A stretch of 44,857 bases of DNA from Bdellovibrionota bacterium (GTDB lineage Bacteria > Bdellovibrionota_C > UBA2361 > OMII01). A program made the translations under genes and the position numbers. Under the pieces are notes generated by a model. It saw only the letters and a list, made by a program, of their open reading frames with translations, was not told the DNA's origin and did no database searches. Positions within the stretch are counted from its first letter, which is position 1; each line of letters starts with the position of its first letter. The DNA is taken from contig JBIKWQ010000021.1 of assembly GCA_044356215.1 (NCBI GenBank), positions 1 through 44,857 on the forward strand, in the 5' to 3' direction. Below, piece by piece: positions 27,849-37,729 of this stretch.

Positions 27849-29402
27849 TCACCCCATCTCCCTCCCACCACGAACATACCCAGAGCTCCCATGAATCACG
27901 GACGCTAGCCGATCTAACGAACGATACGAGACAGCCTCCGCTACAACATCTTCTGTAATAGTATCCTGCCCAGCGAGATCAGCGATCGTCGCTGCTACAC
28001 GCAAAACTCTGGTGTAACCCCTAGCACTGATCCCGATCTTTTTAACGGCTTGAGTTAATAAAAGCCTGGCGCCATCTGTTATGACTATTCTTGTTCTTAA
28101 GGCCCCATCACCGAGTTGACTGTTTAATGTGCCCTGACGAGCAATCTGTCTCTCTCTCGCGGCCATAACAGAGCTGACGATATCCGATGAGCTATTTGTG
28201 GTCACAGGTCGCGCCCACACTAAATCATCGACATTCACCGCCTCTAATTCAACGTGCAGATCGATCCGATCAAGAATTGGCTGCGAGAGTCGGGCTAAAT
28301 AATCACGCACCGCGTGGTGCGAGCATCGGCATATTCCCACCCCCGATCCTAATCTTCCGCACGGACACGGATTCATCGCGGCTATCAATTGAAAGCGTGC
28401 TGGGAAACTTACCGAAGCCTTAGCTCTAGCGATCTGTACCCACCCGGTCTCCATCGGTGAACGCAGCGCCTCAACCGCACTCCGTCTAAATTCAGGAAAC
28501 TCATCCAAAAAAAGAACTCCGTGATGCGCCAAGCTCACTTCGCCGGGCCGTGGGCCAGCCCCTCCACCGATCAGACCGGCGTCACTTACCACATAGTGCG
28601 GAGTACGCACGGGGCGAATTCCAGCCAAGACAGAGTCAGTCTCTTGTCCCGCGACTGAATGAATTCGTAAAACTTCAAGCATCTCATCCGACTCAAGCGA
28701 TGGAAGAAGTGTCGCCATCCGCTCAGCTAACATACTCTTACCGCATCCCGGCGGGCCGATCATAAGAAGATTATGACCACCTGCGGCGGAGATAGCTAGC
28801 GCGCGCTTCGCCGCGTGCTGGCCAAGCACATCATCAAGGGTCTTAGATCCAAGTGGTGATACTGGAAGTCTGCGGGGTTGCTGCTCTGGGATCTCAGATC
28901 CCTTCAGCACTCGGATCGCCTGACTCAAGTTATTCACTCCTACAACGGTCACTCCATCAACCACGGCGGCCTCGGCGCCGTCTTGCGCCGGAACCAGAAT
29001 CATCGGCACGCCCTGCTTGACCGCAGCTAACGCGTGAGCAGCGATCCCGGCTGTGTGCTTGATTTCCCCAGATAGGGAGAGCTCGCCGCACGCTGTGACA
29101 TTCCACAAGGCTTCTTGCGGAAGCGCCCCAACAGCGCAAGCAAGCGCTAAGGCGATCGGGAGATCAAAGCAGGCGCTGTCCTTTCGGATCTCCGCCGGGG
29201 CAAGATTGACCAAGATGACTGGGGGGACATCGATGCCGGACATCTCGAGCGCGGATACTATGCGCTCACGAGACTCGCGCACGGCGGCGCCTCCAAGGCC
29301 CAAGATAGAGAACTTCTTCTCCCCCTCTTTCATACTAACTTCGACCTGAACGGGAACCGCCTCAAGCCCGACTATGCAACTGGTTTTAGCTGTAGCAAAC
29401 AT
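27849..29402 (-). CDS. comM: YifB/ComM Mg-chelatase-like AAA+ ATPase
   Basis: VNLAPA, GELSLSG, HNLLMIGPPGCGKSMLA, PGEVSLAHHGVLFLDEFPEF, AAMNPCPCG, DRIDL. Confidence 0.93.
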   Translation of the reverse strand: MFATAKTSCIVGLEAVPVQVEVSMKEGEKKFSILGLGGAAVRESRERIVSALEMSGIDVPPVILVNLAPAEIRKDSACFDLPIALALACAVGALPQEALWNVTACGELSLSGEIKHTAGIAAHALAAVKQGVPMILVPAQDGAEAAVVDGVTVVGVNNLSQAIRVLKGSEIPEQQPRRLPVSPLGSKTLDDVLGQHAAKRALAISAAGGHNLLMIGPPGCGKSMLAERMATLLPSLESDEMLEVLRIHSVAGQETDSVLAGIRPVRTPHYVVSDAGLIGGGAGPRPGEVSLAHHGVLFLDEFPEFRRSAVEALRSPMETGWVQIARAKASVSFPARFQLIAAMNPCPCGRLGSGVGICRCSHHAVRDYLARLSQPILDRIDLHVELEAVNVDDLVWARPVTTNSSSDIVSSVMAARERQIARQGTLNSQLGDGALRTRIVITDGARLLLTQAVKKIGISARGYTRVLRVAATIADLAGQDTITEDVVAEAVSYRSLDRLASVIHGSSGYVRGGREMG

Positions 29403-29515
29403 GCCTTAGTGTTCGGGACAGGAGAGATGAAAGTTGCGTTAGCTGTCATAAAGTAATTACTGAGCAGATTAACTGCAAACATCCGAAAATCCGGTGAGTA
29501 GTCACCGAAGAATGC

Positions 29516-29559
29516 TTGACATTGGTATATTATACTATACCATAGATGTATATTACATG
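29516..29559 (+). promoter_or_regulatory. Sigma70-like promoter with IR operator for the HTH/NTase pair
   Basis: TTGACA 29516-29521; IR TGGTATA (29523-29529) / TATACCA (29536-29542); near-palindrome ATGTATATTACAT over the start. Confidence 0.55.
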
Positions 29560-30129
29560 ATCCATTTTCACCTCCCTTTCGCGTTCCTTCGACGGGCCTC
29601 TGACCTATCTGAGCGCTCTGTCGCTGACGCCGGTAAAATTTCAAGAGGCACCCTGCGACAAGTAGAGCAGCTTGAAATGAGCAACGTGACCGCGAGATCC
29701 TTAAGCCAAGTAGCCGAGCATTTTAACCGAGACGTCGATGTTGTGCTTAGTTGCGCTGAGATCTTCTCAGAGTATTCCAGCGTCGCGCTCTTCTACAAAA
29801 TTGAACGCGATGGCTTCGACTCCTGGGCAACTCATCTATTCGATTTAGTCGATGAATTCCGACGTACCCTTGATACAAGGCTAATACTCTTGTCACCTCC
29901 CAAACAGGCAGACCTCAAGTTGGTAGCTTTAGTCGCCTCGACCGTAAAGGCATTGTGTGATGAAGTAGAGATAGCCGCGCCTAGTTGGGCCCGTAAGAGA
30001 TATTATTTACCCGTACCGTGGTTTGTCTCTGAAATGAACTCTCTTAAAGCCAGCGCTTTACTTGAATCACCGCTTCCTTATCGCGCTAACAATATATTCG
30101 TGCTCAACAATTTTTTGGAGCGCGCTTAA
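29557..30129 (+). CDS. XRE-like HTH protein with C-terminal domain (putative antitoxin)
   Basis: LRRASDLSERSVADAGKISRGTLRQVE HTH; C-terminal PSWA...LPVPWF...SPLPYRANNIF; ATG 29557 preferred over GTG 29494. Confidence 0.75.
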   Translation: MIHFHLPFAFLRRASDLSERSVADAGKISRGTLRQVEQLEMSNVTARSLSQVAEHFNRDVDVVLSCAEIFSEYSSVALFYKIERDGFDSWATHLFDLVDEFRRTLDTRLILLSPPKQADLKLVALVASTVKALCDEVEIAAPSWARKRYYLPVPWFVSEMNSLKASALLESPLPYRANNIFVLNNFLERA

Positions 30130-30130
30130 C

Positions 30131-30640
30131 ATGCTAAGCAAGAAACGTATAACGGAACTATTTGAGCAGCTAAACGAATTGTTGAGAATTCGCGGCGAGA
30201 TCGGCGAAGTCGGGATCGTTGGCGGTGCCGTCATGTGCCTAGTATATAACGCCCGCGCCGCTACTAAGGATGTTGATGGGATATTTGAGCCAGCATCGAT
30301 CATACGAAACCTGGCGAAGCAAATAGCGGAGAGCGAGTCGCTGCCTCCTGATTGGCTTAATGACTCCGCGAAGGGGTATATCATGCCAGGGTTCGCGAAG
30401 CAGGAAGTTCTAGCTTTCTCAAATCTTAGAATCTGGGCACCCGAACCCCGCTACATGCTAGCCATGAAGTGTATCAGCGCTAGATGGGACTCGTCAGATC
30501 GCAAAGATGTTCTCTTTTTGCTCAAATTACTGGGACTCAAGCGCCCCTCAGATGTTTTTAAAATAATCGAATCATACTACCCAAAGAATCGCATTCCCCC
30601 TAAAACCCAGTTCTTGATCGAAGAGCTACTGGAACGATAA
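30131..30640 (+). CDS. DUF6036-like nucleotidyltransferase (putative toxin)
   Basis: IVGGAVM...RAATKDVD pol-beta motif; DWLND; LAMK...R..D..D; starts 1 nt after the partner's stop codon. Confidence 0.8.
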   Translation: MLSKKRITELFEQLNELLRIRGEIGEVGIVGGAVMCLVYNARAATKDVDGIFEPASIIRNLAKQIAESESLPPDWLNDSAKGYIMPGFAKQEVLAFSNLRIWAPEPRYMLAMKCISARWDSSDRKDVLFLLKLLGLKRPSDVFKIIESYYPKNRIPPKTQFLIEELLER

Positions 30641-30658
30641 CCCCCTCTCTTAACCCTG

Positions 30659-31038
30659 ACTATTACCCACATCCTCGGTGATAAGTCTTCACAGAGAGTG
30701 TTCAGGACAATAAGTAGGTAAAGCTCTTTCCCAGCTCGCCGTTCTCATTTACTCTTTGTAAAAAAATGAGCAATTCTTTAATCCTAAACAGTTTTTTCAC
30801 AGCTAGGCCAGCGAAGGGAAGGTATAAGCCGCACCGTCAGTATCCCCCCCTCTGACCGTTCTCGCTGGCCTCTTTGTTTAAATTAAAACCTCAGCGGATC
30901 CTTTTTGTACAAAGAGAGCGGCGAGGGAAAAGAGAGGGGAAGTATAAAAGAGGTTGAGTCCTGCCTGGCAGGACTGAACTAAATCCAAGATTATTACCAA
31001 TGCATCTTCCCTCTCAGCTACCACTTGTGGGTAATAGT
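30659..31038 (+). other. ~380-nt imperfect hairpin (large MITE or structured ncRNA)
   Basis: 13-bp terminal IR ACTATTACCCACA/TGTGGGTAATAGT plus at least seven nested stems. Confidence 0.65.
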
Positions 31039-31144
31039 GAGCCCCTAACTCGGTACGACTCCTGCTAAGTATCCTGCAGTCACTGAACTGCTTACTAAAA
31101 TCAACTGGTTAAGTTGCCCCTAAACGGCAGCTATTTCCCTCACT

Positions 31145-31969
31145 ATGGCCGAAGATTCCGCACTACTACTGGCGCAGAGAGAGACGTGGCAAAAGATGCC
31201 CGCCGAGGAGCAACGCGAGCTATTAGAGCTAGCTCACGGCAAGGGTCTTGAGGTCTGCTTTCTAACCGCCGTATTCGCCGCCACCTGCGCATACGGACTT
31301 AAACTTCCCTGGATCCTGATCGGACTGGCGCTGCTGCTACCGGTTCTGTATCAGGTAGTCATCACACGGATATGGCACGAGGTTAAACCACAGTTAATCG
31401 CCAGATATCTAGTCGCCAGCAAAACAGCGGCTAAATACGCTGAGTTTCTTCACGCGCCTGAGAGAGAGCTCAAATTAATCTTTCGCGGCTCAGCTCGCCA
31501 CGATATCGATGATTTCCACAGAGATCCTAACGATGAATTTGCCGCGGAACACGCTCAAGAGGTCGCGAATGAAGAGGGAAAAGCAAAGGACGTTTGGATA
31601 AGCATATTCCCTCAATCGTTAATAATCTTCTCTGAAAATACAGGTGGCGCTAAACTTGAATTCGCAGGCTCACTCATCAACAATTTGTCGATCACTTTAG
31701 AGATCCCTGAGGGCCCCGAGGCTAAAGAATCGCCCCAAATACTCGTGATAGAGTCGCGATCTAACAGCGGAGAAAGAACTAAATGGGTGATATCAAGTAG
31801 ACAGCAATCAGCATTAATCGCCTGCGAGAGAAAATTTAGGTTCTTTGTCCAGAGAGAACTCGCCAGGAAAACCGAACAAGCAGCTACTCCACCTCAGCAG
31901 CAAGTCTCTCATGCCCCCTTTGCAGCGAAGCGTTTAGGCGCTAACCTTGGCATAGGGTCTAATCACTAG
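31145..31969 (+). CDS. Hypothetical membrane protein (2 TM plus soluble domain)
   Basis: 274-aa ORF with two hydrophobic helices at about aa 37-72. Confidence 0.7.
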   Translation: MAEDSALLLAQRETWQKMPAEEQRELLELAHGKGLEVCFLTAVFAATCAYGLKLPWILIGLALLLPVLYQVVITRIWHEVKPQLIARYLVASKTAAKYAEFLHAPERELKLIFRGSARHDIDDFHRDPNDEFAAEHAQEVANEEGKAKDVWISIFPQSLIIFSENTGGAKLEFAGSLINNLSITLEIPEGPEAKESPQILVIESRSNSGERTKWVISSRQQSALIACERKFRFFVQRELARKTEQAATPPQQQVSHAPFAAKRLGANLGIGSNH

Positions 31970-31980
31970 TCTGTACAATT

Positions 31981-33156
31981 ATGATAGTTTCTAAAGCTTT
32001 ACAAACTCTTGCGCTCGCAATCGCTGGCGCTCTGCTATTATCAACAAACTCCTACGCGCAGGCCAAGAAGGCGCCGTTTGCTGGTGGCCCCAAAACGGTC
32101 TCATCCAAAGAGAACGTTACTGTTTTAATCGATCGCGAAATAACCGACGGAAAGAGCTATATCGTTTTAAAGATTACTGTACCCGCAGACTCTAAAGTAA
32201 ACTCATTCACATTAAGCGATCCTCCCCGAGTTGTAGTTGATTTTGAAGGTGCCTCTGTCAAGAAAAGCGAGGATCTTACAGCGCCTGAGAATGACGTTAT
32301 CAAACAGATCCGCATTGGCGCGCATCCCGCGAAGATCCGCTTTGTGCTAGATATGAAACGTGCATCAGCTCCGGAATACGATTGGAAAGCGGGCAAGCGC
32401 CAAGCTGTGCTTAAATTTGTAGAGGGCGCGGCTGACACAGCAGCGGCACCAGCCCCAGCAGCCGCGGCGACAAAACCAGCTACAGCATCACCCGCGGCCG
32501 CCCTGCCAACTCAGCCACCGGCCTCAACTACGGCGGCTCCATCTGTAGTAACGACCCAGGCAGCTCCGACACATACTCATACTACCATACCCACCGCCGC
32601 GCCGACGTTGTCACCAACTCCACAACCGAGTTCGAGCCCAACACCACTACCAGCGGCGACCAAGGCCACGTTATCCGATCTCGAACCGACGGCTAAACCT
32701 GAGGTAGTGGCCGCCGCTGGAGTAGCGGCAGGTGCCGCCGCAGCAGCAGCCGCTGTAGCCCCTAAAGATGCGACTGGATCAGCCAGTACAGACCTCGGAG
32801 ACATTGAGAAAGGCCCAAGACAACCGCCAGTTGCCACCACCTACAAAATTAAGGGATATAAATTTGAATACCTGCCCAACAAGACTCCGGTAGTCAAGAT
32901 CCTCCTTAATAAACCCACAGCGCAGGCTCAGATCAGTAAGGTTGATGAAGAGACCTACAAAGTGGAGATTAAAGATTGCGGCCTTGAGAATGAGGATCTA
33001 GAGCTTCCTCAGTTTCCGCCTCACGATTTCCTCGGGTTTGTCATGGTCATCTCTGAGCTAGTCGGTAAGAACACAGAGATCAGCATAAGCGTTGAGGAGG
33101 GAACCGTTTTAGGAACCTCAGTTCATGAGAACGAGATCTGGATTAAGAAGCCTTAG
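31981..33156 (+). CDS. Secreted AMIN-domain protein with Ala/Pro/Thr linker
   Basis: Signal peptide (AQA); FTLSDPPRVVVDF...IKQIRIGAHPAKIRFVLD AMIN motif. Confidence 0.82.
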   Translation: MIVSKALQTLALAIAGALLLSTNSYAQAKKAPFAGGPKTVSSKENVTVLIDREITDGKSYIVLKITVPADSKVNSFTLSDPPRVVVDFEGASVKKSEDLTAPENDVIKQIRIGAHPAKIRFVLDMKRASAPEYDWKAGKRQAVLKFVEGAADTAAAPAPAAAATKPATASPAAALPTQPPASTTAAPSVVTTQAAPTHTHTTIPTAAPTLSPTPQPSSSPTPLPAATKATLSDLEPTAKPEVVAAAGVAAGAAAAAAAVAPKDATGSASTDLGDIEKGPRQPPVATTYKIKGYKFEYLPNKTPVVKILLNKPTAQAQISKVDEETYKVEIKDCGLENEDLELPQFPPHDFLGFVMVISELVGKNTEISISVEEGTVLGTSVHENEIWIKKP

Positions 33157-33158
33157 CG

Positions 33159-34058
33159 TTAGATTTCGCCGCTTTTTAGAATTATCCTCTCGGCAAGAGC
33201 AGCGGAGCCAATAATCGCTGAACGCGATCCCAATCCCGGTGCCACAATAAATGAGTCGATGTCATCTCCCAACATCGGGTGACTTATGTATCCGGCTATC
33301 ATCTTCTTAACCTCTGAGCGTATCTTTGGAAAAAGAAACTGCCCCTCCATCACACCACCACCTAAGATTATCTTCCTCGGAGAAAGAGCGTAGATTGTGT
33401 TGGCTAAAGCCATCGCTATATAACGTGCCTCAAGGTCCCATGCGGGATGTTCTGGTGGCAACTCTTCAGCTTTTTTCCCCCAACGTTTTTCAATAGCCGG
33501 GCCGTTCGCCAATCCCTCAAAGCAATCTCCGTGTGACGGACACGCGCCAGGAAAAGGATCAACACTTCTATCGTGTGGAATACACATGTGCCCCATCTCA
33601 GGATGCGACAATCCATGAAGAAGTCGTCCATCGACCATACCACCACCACCGATGCCGGTACCTATCGTAAAATATACGAAGGTGTTAACTCCTACAGCGG
33701 CCCCCGCTACGTGCTCACCGAGAGCCGCGCCGTTTACATCTGTATCGATCGCCAGAGGTATACCTAGAACTCTCAGATACCCCAATAGGTCGCAGTGTCT
33801 CCAAGCGATCTTGGGAGTCTCTGTTATGTGGCCATAGAAGCGCGACGTAGGATCTAGATCAACTGGACCGAAAGTACTTACCCCTAAGGAAACGAGCTCC
33901 TCTGAGCCATCGCGAAAAAAATCGAGGACTGATTTCAACGTCTCTTCAGGTATCGTCGTGGGTATACGAGCTTGGCGCAGGATATTTCGGTTGGCGTCGA
34001 CCGTCGCGCATATAAATTTGGTTCCCCCTGCCTCGATCGCTCCAAATGCTCTTTTCAT
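33159..34058 (-). CDS. ROK family fructokinase
   Basis: IEAGGTKF, TPK..W, DTDVNGAA, TIGTGIGGG, HPEMGH...CPSHGDCFEGLA zinc motif. Confidence 0.92.
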   Translation of the reverse strand: MKRAFGAIEAGGTKFICATVDANRNILRQARIPTTIPEETLKSVLDFFRDGSEELVSLGVSTFGPVDLDPTSRFYGHITETPKIAWRHCDLLGYLRVLGIPLAIDTDVNGAALGEHVAGAAVGVNTFVYFTIGTGIGGGGMVDGRLLHGLSHPEMGHMCIPHDRSVDPFPGACPSHGDCFEGLANGPAIEKRWGKKAEELPPEHPAWDLEARYIAMALANTIYALSPRKIILGGGVMEGQFLFPKIRSEVKKMIAGYISHPMLGDDIDSFIVAPGLGSRSAIIGSAALAERIILKSGEI

Positions 34059-34211
34059 ATCAAAACACCCTCAATACGTAGCCTTATACAGCGATTAATA
34101 CCATAACACATTGAAATTACGTGACTACTCAGCAAATTATCCTAGATTCGGCAGTTAAGGAGGATGACTACAAGAGGTAGCAACTCATTACCAGCTAGCG
34201 CTAACAGGACC

Positions 34212-34243
34212 TAACCTGGTAAAATCAGGGGGAAACCAGGTTA
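34212..34243. promoter_or_regulatory. Inverted repeat in a divergent promoter region
   Basis: TAACCTGGT-N14-ACCAGGTTA between the ROK and VirD4-like genes. Confidence 0.35.
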
Positions 34244-34331
34244 ACTTCGCGCTAATTTTAACCTTAGCGCACGCCGATACGGATCTTCATCATAACCATT
34301 TGGGTTTAGGGGATAAATCGCTTTCTGAATT

Positions 34332-36779
34332 ATGCTACGCGTCTTAGAGCTACTTCTACTTAATTTCGTCGACTGGTTCTACCAACTCAACTGGATAGTT
34401 GGATTACTGACCCTTGGCGTGGGCGCGGCCGCGTGCTTCATGTATCAGTTCGTTATAGCTGGGACAACAACTCTGGTCCGTAATTTCATACCTGGATTAG
34501 TTGGACTCCTACTCCTAATCGCTGAGGTGTTGCACGTCGCAGATCCAGAGAGGGTCTTAAGAATTGTTGAGAAGATAATTTACTCCTTAACAACTCCTCA
34601 TGAGGGCATCGCGCCGATCCCAGTTATCGAGCCTCTTCTGACAGCTCTTATAGCACCAGCTGAAATTCGTTTCCCTCTCGAGGAGGCTTTATTCGTGGCT
34701 CTGTTTGGCTATCTCGGCCTGGTCGTCAATTACAGCTTACAGGAGTACCGCAAAACAGGTGTCGTTCTCGGTGAAATGTCCCTTAGAGCTATTTTCAAGG
34801 GAAAGGCGCGGCGTCCGCAACGATCGAAAAGTAACGAATTAGGTTCTGGAGATCTCGCTAACACCGAGCAGATCGCGCAATGGACCAGACCGTCCGGCGA
34901 ACCAGCCGACACAATATTGTACGTGAGCGATCTTCGTGGCAGTGAGGGAACGGCCTTCCAATCAGCTAAACTCGTTATTCCGCGCGGCGAACGTAATAGG
35001 CACGTGTTGATCGTGGCGAAGACCGGAGGTGGTAAGACCAGCCGCTTCATTCTTCCTATCCTTTACGGCGATTGCCTCGATCCAGTTAGGTCAACGATCG
35101 TTATCGACTCCAAACCTGAGATGTGGCGCCAACTCGCTGCGATGACCAGGAAATATAACCCCGAGAAGAGCATCCTTCTTTTCAATCCACTAGACCGCGC
35201 TCGCTCTCTTAGCTGGAATATTCTCGGCAAAATTGACGATGACACCGATTGTAAATTAATCGCCCAAACGATCATATCAGCGACGGACGTACCTGAAGCG
35301 AAATCAGATACCCCATTCTTCCGCAATAACGCCCTGGCGATCTTAAACTCAATAATGGTTGGTCTCTTGCATGATGATAACGAGGTCCTCTCAATGCCTC
35401 GCATTCACGAAATCGTGCAATCAGGTATGAAGCCACTGTGCGAATGGCTCGAGGCTCATCCTGCTGCTCTGCGCAACACCCGCACGTTCGTTGAACTTGT
35501 TCGTTCAGGCTCACAAAACGCCGATACGATCATGTCTGAGTTAGGTATGCGTTTGTCGGCTTGGGACCTCACCGCGATCCGAGCCACAACATCTCTGATG
35601 GAACTTGACGTTGAGGACCTCATACAGAGGCCAACTCTATTCATCGTGGAGCTTCGTGAGTCCGAGTTGGAGATGTTACGCCCGATGGCTAACGTGATCG
35701 TGGTTGAGATCCTACGGTTCTTGACCAAGAGAGCGGAGCAGTGTCCAGGCGTGCGTCTTCCTAGACCTGTAGGATTAGTAATCGACGAGTTCGCGAGCGC
35801 TCTCGGACGACTCCCTGATATTCACGTTAAGTTAAACACTCTACGCTCTCGAAACGTAAGTATCGTCGCGGCGATCCAATCAACGGCGCAGGTTAAAGCT
35901 AACTATCAAGACGATTCTGACTCGGTGTTAGCGGGATTCAGCACAAAGATCTTCCTACCACCTCTAGATCTGGTCGACGCTGAATGGGCCTCGAAAGAAA
36001 GCGGACAGATGACGATCCGCTTCCAGACGCAGTCAACCGGCGCTAATAGGAAGATGATCGAGATCTTCGCTAGCCGTAACGACAGCACCCAGGAACAGGT
36101 ACAACAACGCGCTGTGTTAACACCGGACGAGATCGGAAGGCCGACAGATAACATCAGCACATTCTTCATGCCCAACACCCCTGTTTTTCAGGGGCACCTG
36201 ATTCCGTTCTTTAAAATCCCTGAGATGCTCAAGCGTCTTCAGGAGTTTGACTCAGAGGAGAAAGAGTTAAAACTCCGGACATCCCCTATTGAATATGAGG
36301 ATAAAGCCCCAGTAGCGGCCGCGGCTGGTGGCGGAGGTGGTGGAAATAGTGGTGGCAACTCAAACAATGGACTCCCACCAGGAATAACAAATACAGCGGG
36401 TTGGTCGGCGGAACAAATTGACAAGAAGCTTGCTGAGGTTAAAAAAGTTCTCGACTGGGAAAACACGACCGGCAGCGCTAGAAAGTGGTGGGAAGCATTC
36501 GAGAATGAGAACAAAACAAGGATGCCTCTCGTTCTTCGATTAGCCGAGGAGCTTCAGGTGCGAAAGGCTACTGTAACTGAATTCTTCCTCGCTTATGTTT
36601 ACAGCAATACTGACAATATTCAGGCTAACTTAAGCTATCTCGACTACACCAGGCTTAAGAAAGAAGAGGAGAAGAAGAAGAAAGAGGCCGCTGCAAAGGC
36701 ACTTCAGGGAAGTAGCTCTACCGCGACCGCGGCTACTGCTAGTCAAGCTACAGCAGCACCCTCGGGTGGAGGCAGGTAA
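34332..36779 (+). CDS. VirD4/TraG-like type IV coupling protein with extra C-terminal domain
   Basis: N-terminal TMs; RHVLIVAKTGGGKT Walker A; IDSKPE; FNP...SLSWN; LVIDEF Walker B; RSRNVSIVAAIQSTAQ; RAVLTPDEI. Confidence 0.85.
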   Translation: MLRVLELLLLNFVDWFYQLNWIVGLLTLGVGAAACFMYQFVIAGTTTLVRNFIPGLVGLLLLIAEVLHVADPERVLRIVEKIIYSLTTPHEGIAPIPVIEPLLTALIAPAEIRFPLEEALFVALFGYLGLVVNYSLQEYRKTGVVLGEMSLRAIFKGKARRPQRSKSNELGSGDLANTEQIAQWTRPSGEPADTILYVSDLRGSEGTAFQSAKLVIPRGERNRHVLIVAKTGGGKTSRFILPILYGDCLDPVRSTIVIDSKPEMWRQLAAMTRKYNPEKSILLFNPLDRARSLSWNILGKIDDDTDCKLIAQTIISATDVPEAKSDTPFFRNNALAILNSIMVGLLHDDNEVLSMPRIHEIVQSGMKPLCEWLEAHPAALRNTRTFVELVRSGSQNADTIMSELGMRLSAWDLTAIRATTSLMELDVEDLIQRPTLFIVELRESELEMLRPMANVIVVEILRFLTKRAEQCPGVRLPRPVGLVIDEFASALGRLPDIHVKLNTLRSRNVSIVAAIQSTAQVKANYQDDSDSVLAGFSTKIFLPPLDLVDAEWASKESGQMTIRFQTQSTGANRKMIEIFASRNDSTQEQVQQRAVLTPDEIGRPTDNISTFFMPNTPVFQGHLIPFFKIPEMLKRLQEFDSEEKELKLRTSPIEYEDKAPVAAAAGGGGGGNSGGNSNNGLPPGITNTAGWSAEQIDKKLAEVKKVLDWENTTGSARKWWEAFENENKTRMPLVLRLAEELQVRKATVTEFFLAYVYSNTDNIQANLSYLDYTRLKKEEEKKKKEAAAKALQGSSSTATAATASQATAAPSGGGR

Positions 36780-36795
36780 GCGACCTCCGTTCGTA

Positions 36796-37503
36796 CTACC
36801 ACTCTGTTACGACAGAGAAGAACATAGCATTTACCCAACGCTCATCGTTTCCGAATCGCTTGGCGTGTTCGCCCAAATAGCCAATTTCATAGCGGTCTCG
36901 TCCGCTAGACCAAAAGGGACCGGCAAAAATTCTGTTCCGATCATATCCAGAGGTTGGACCTCCGGAGGTATCGCCGATGTGAATCATTACCTCATTAAAT
37001 ACGGCGAGCCCGATCCTTCTATCACTATTAAGAGGGACATTAATCTTAATTTGGAAGCGCGACCTGTTTGCGATGCCCCCTAGGCCCTCTATAAAGCGTT
37101 GCTCTTGTCGGAATCTATATTGAGAATCAAAACGTCGTCCGCTCTGAGAGAACGACAATCCCTGCCAGCTCCTGTGCTCATCCCTGAATATAGAGCGGTA
37201 CTCGGCATCATACAGAAATGGTGTCCAGGCGTATCCTAGAGAGGCCTCCCAGTCAGCCCCCAGCCTTCTGTTTAACGCCCCACGAATTTGCGCTGTCGAC
37301 ACTCGTTTAAGCTCATCTCCAAGCCGAGGTTGCGTCTCCAGGTAAAGGGTGTATGTCTTATTTTTGTCCAGCGCGATTTTAGTAGCTAGCACTGCCCAGA
37401 GTTCGGTATCGGTTGGCGTAGCGCTCAGATGCGAGGAGATGATCATGGTGAGCAACGCCCATCGCCAGACTCTCGATACTCTGGCACGGTTGAGTAATTT
37501 CAT
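36796..37503 (-). CDS. DUF2490 family outer-membrane beta-barrel protein
   Basis: Signal peptide; EHRSWQ, RFRQEQRF, NRSRF, NEV and YDRNRIFAG motifs; terminal aromatic residue. Confidence 0.82.
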   Translation of the reverse strand: MKLLNRARVSRVWRWALLTMIISSHLSATPTDTELWAVLATKIALDKNKTYTLYLETQPRLGDELKRVSTAQIRGALNRRLGADWEASLGYAWTPFLYDAEYRSIFRDEHRSWQGLSFSQSGRRFDSQYRFRQEQRFIEGLGGIANRSRFQIKINVPLNSDRRIGLAVFNEVMIHIGDTSGGPTSGYDRNRIFAGPFWSSGRDRYEIGYLGEHAKRFGNDERWVNAMFFSVVTEW

Positions 37504-37729
37504 CCTCTTAGATATTCCAGCTAGCTCTTTAGGCTTGCGTAACTACTCACAGGATTTTTTAGATCATTACAGTCATTACATCGCTAAACGGGCAATTTTC
37601 GTCCATTTTCTCTACTGATTAGTTGCATACTAGCTAGGATGGACCCCAAGAGCCCGCTCGAAAATGTCTTGAATCACCTCTCGCGTCCCTAGGATGGTCA
37701 TTAGGCCGATCCTAAGCTAGTATCCGCTC

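Noticed and set aside
27572..27892. 106-aa ORF with a long N-terminal extension, and the 27493 start for the antitoxin
   Set aside because: SD positions and family lengths support starts at 27736 and 27412
22167..30640. Integrative island anchored at tRNA-Pro
   Set aside because: No integrase and no duplicated tRNA 3' end seen; comM is intact
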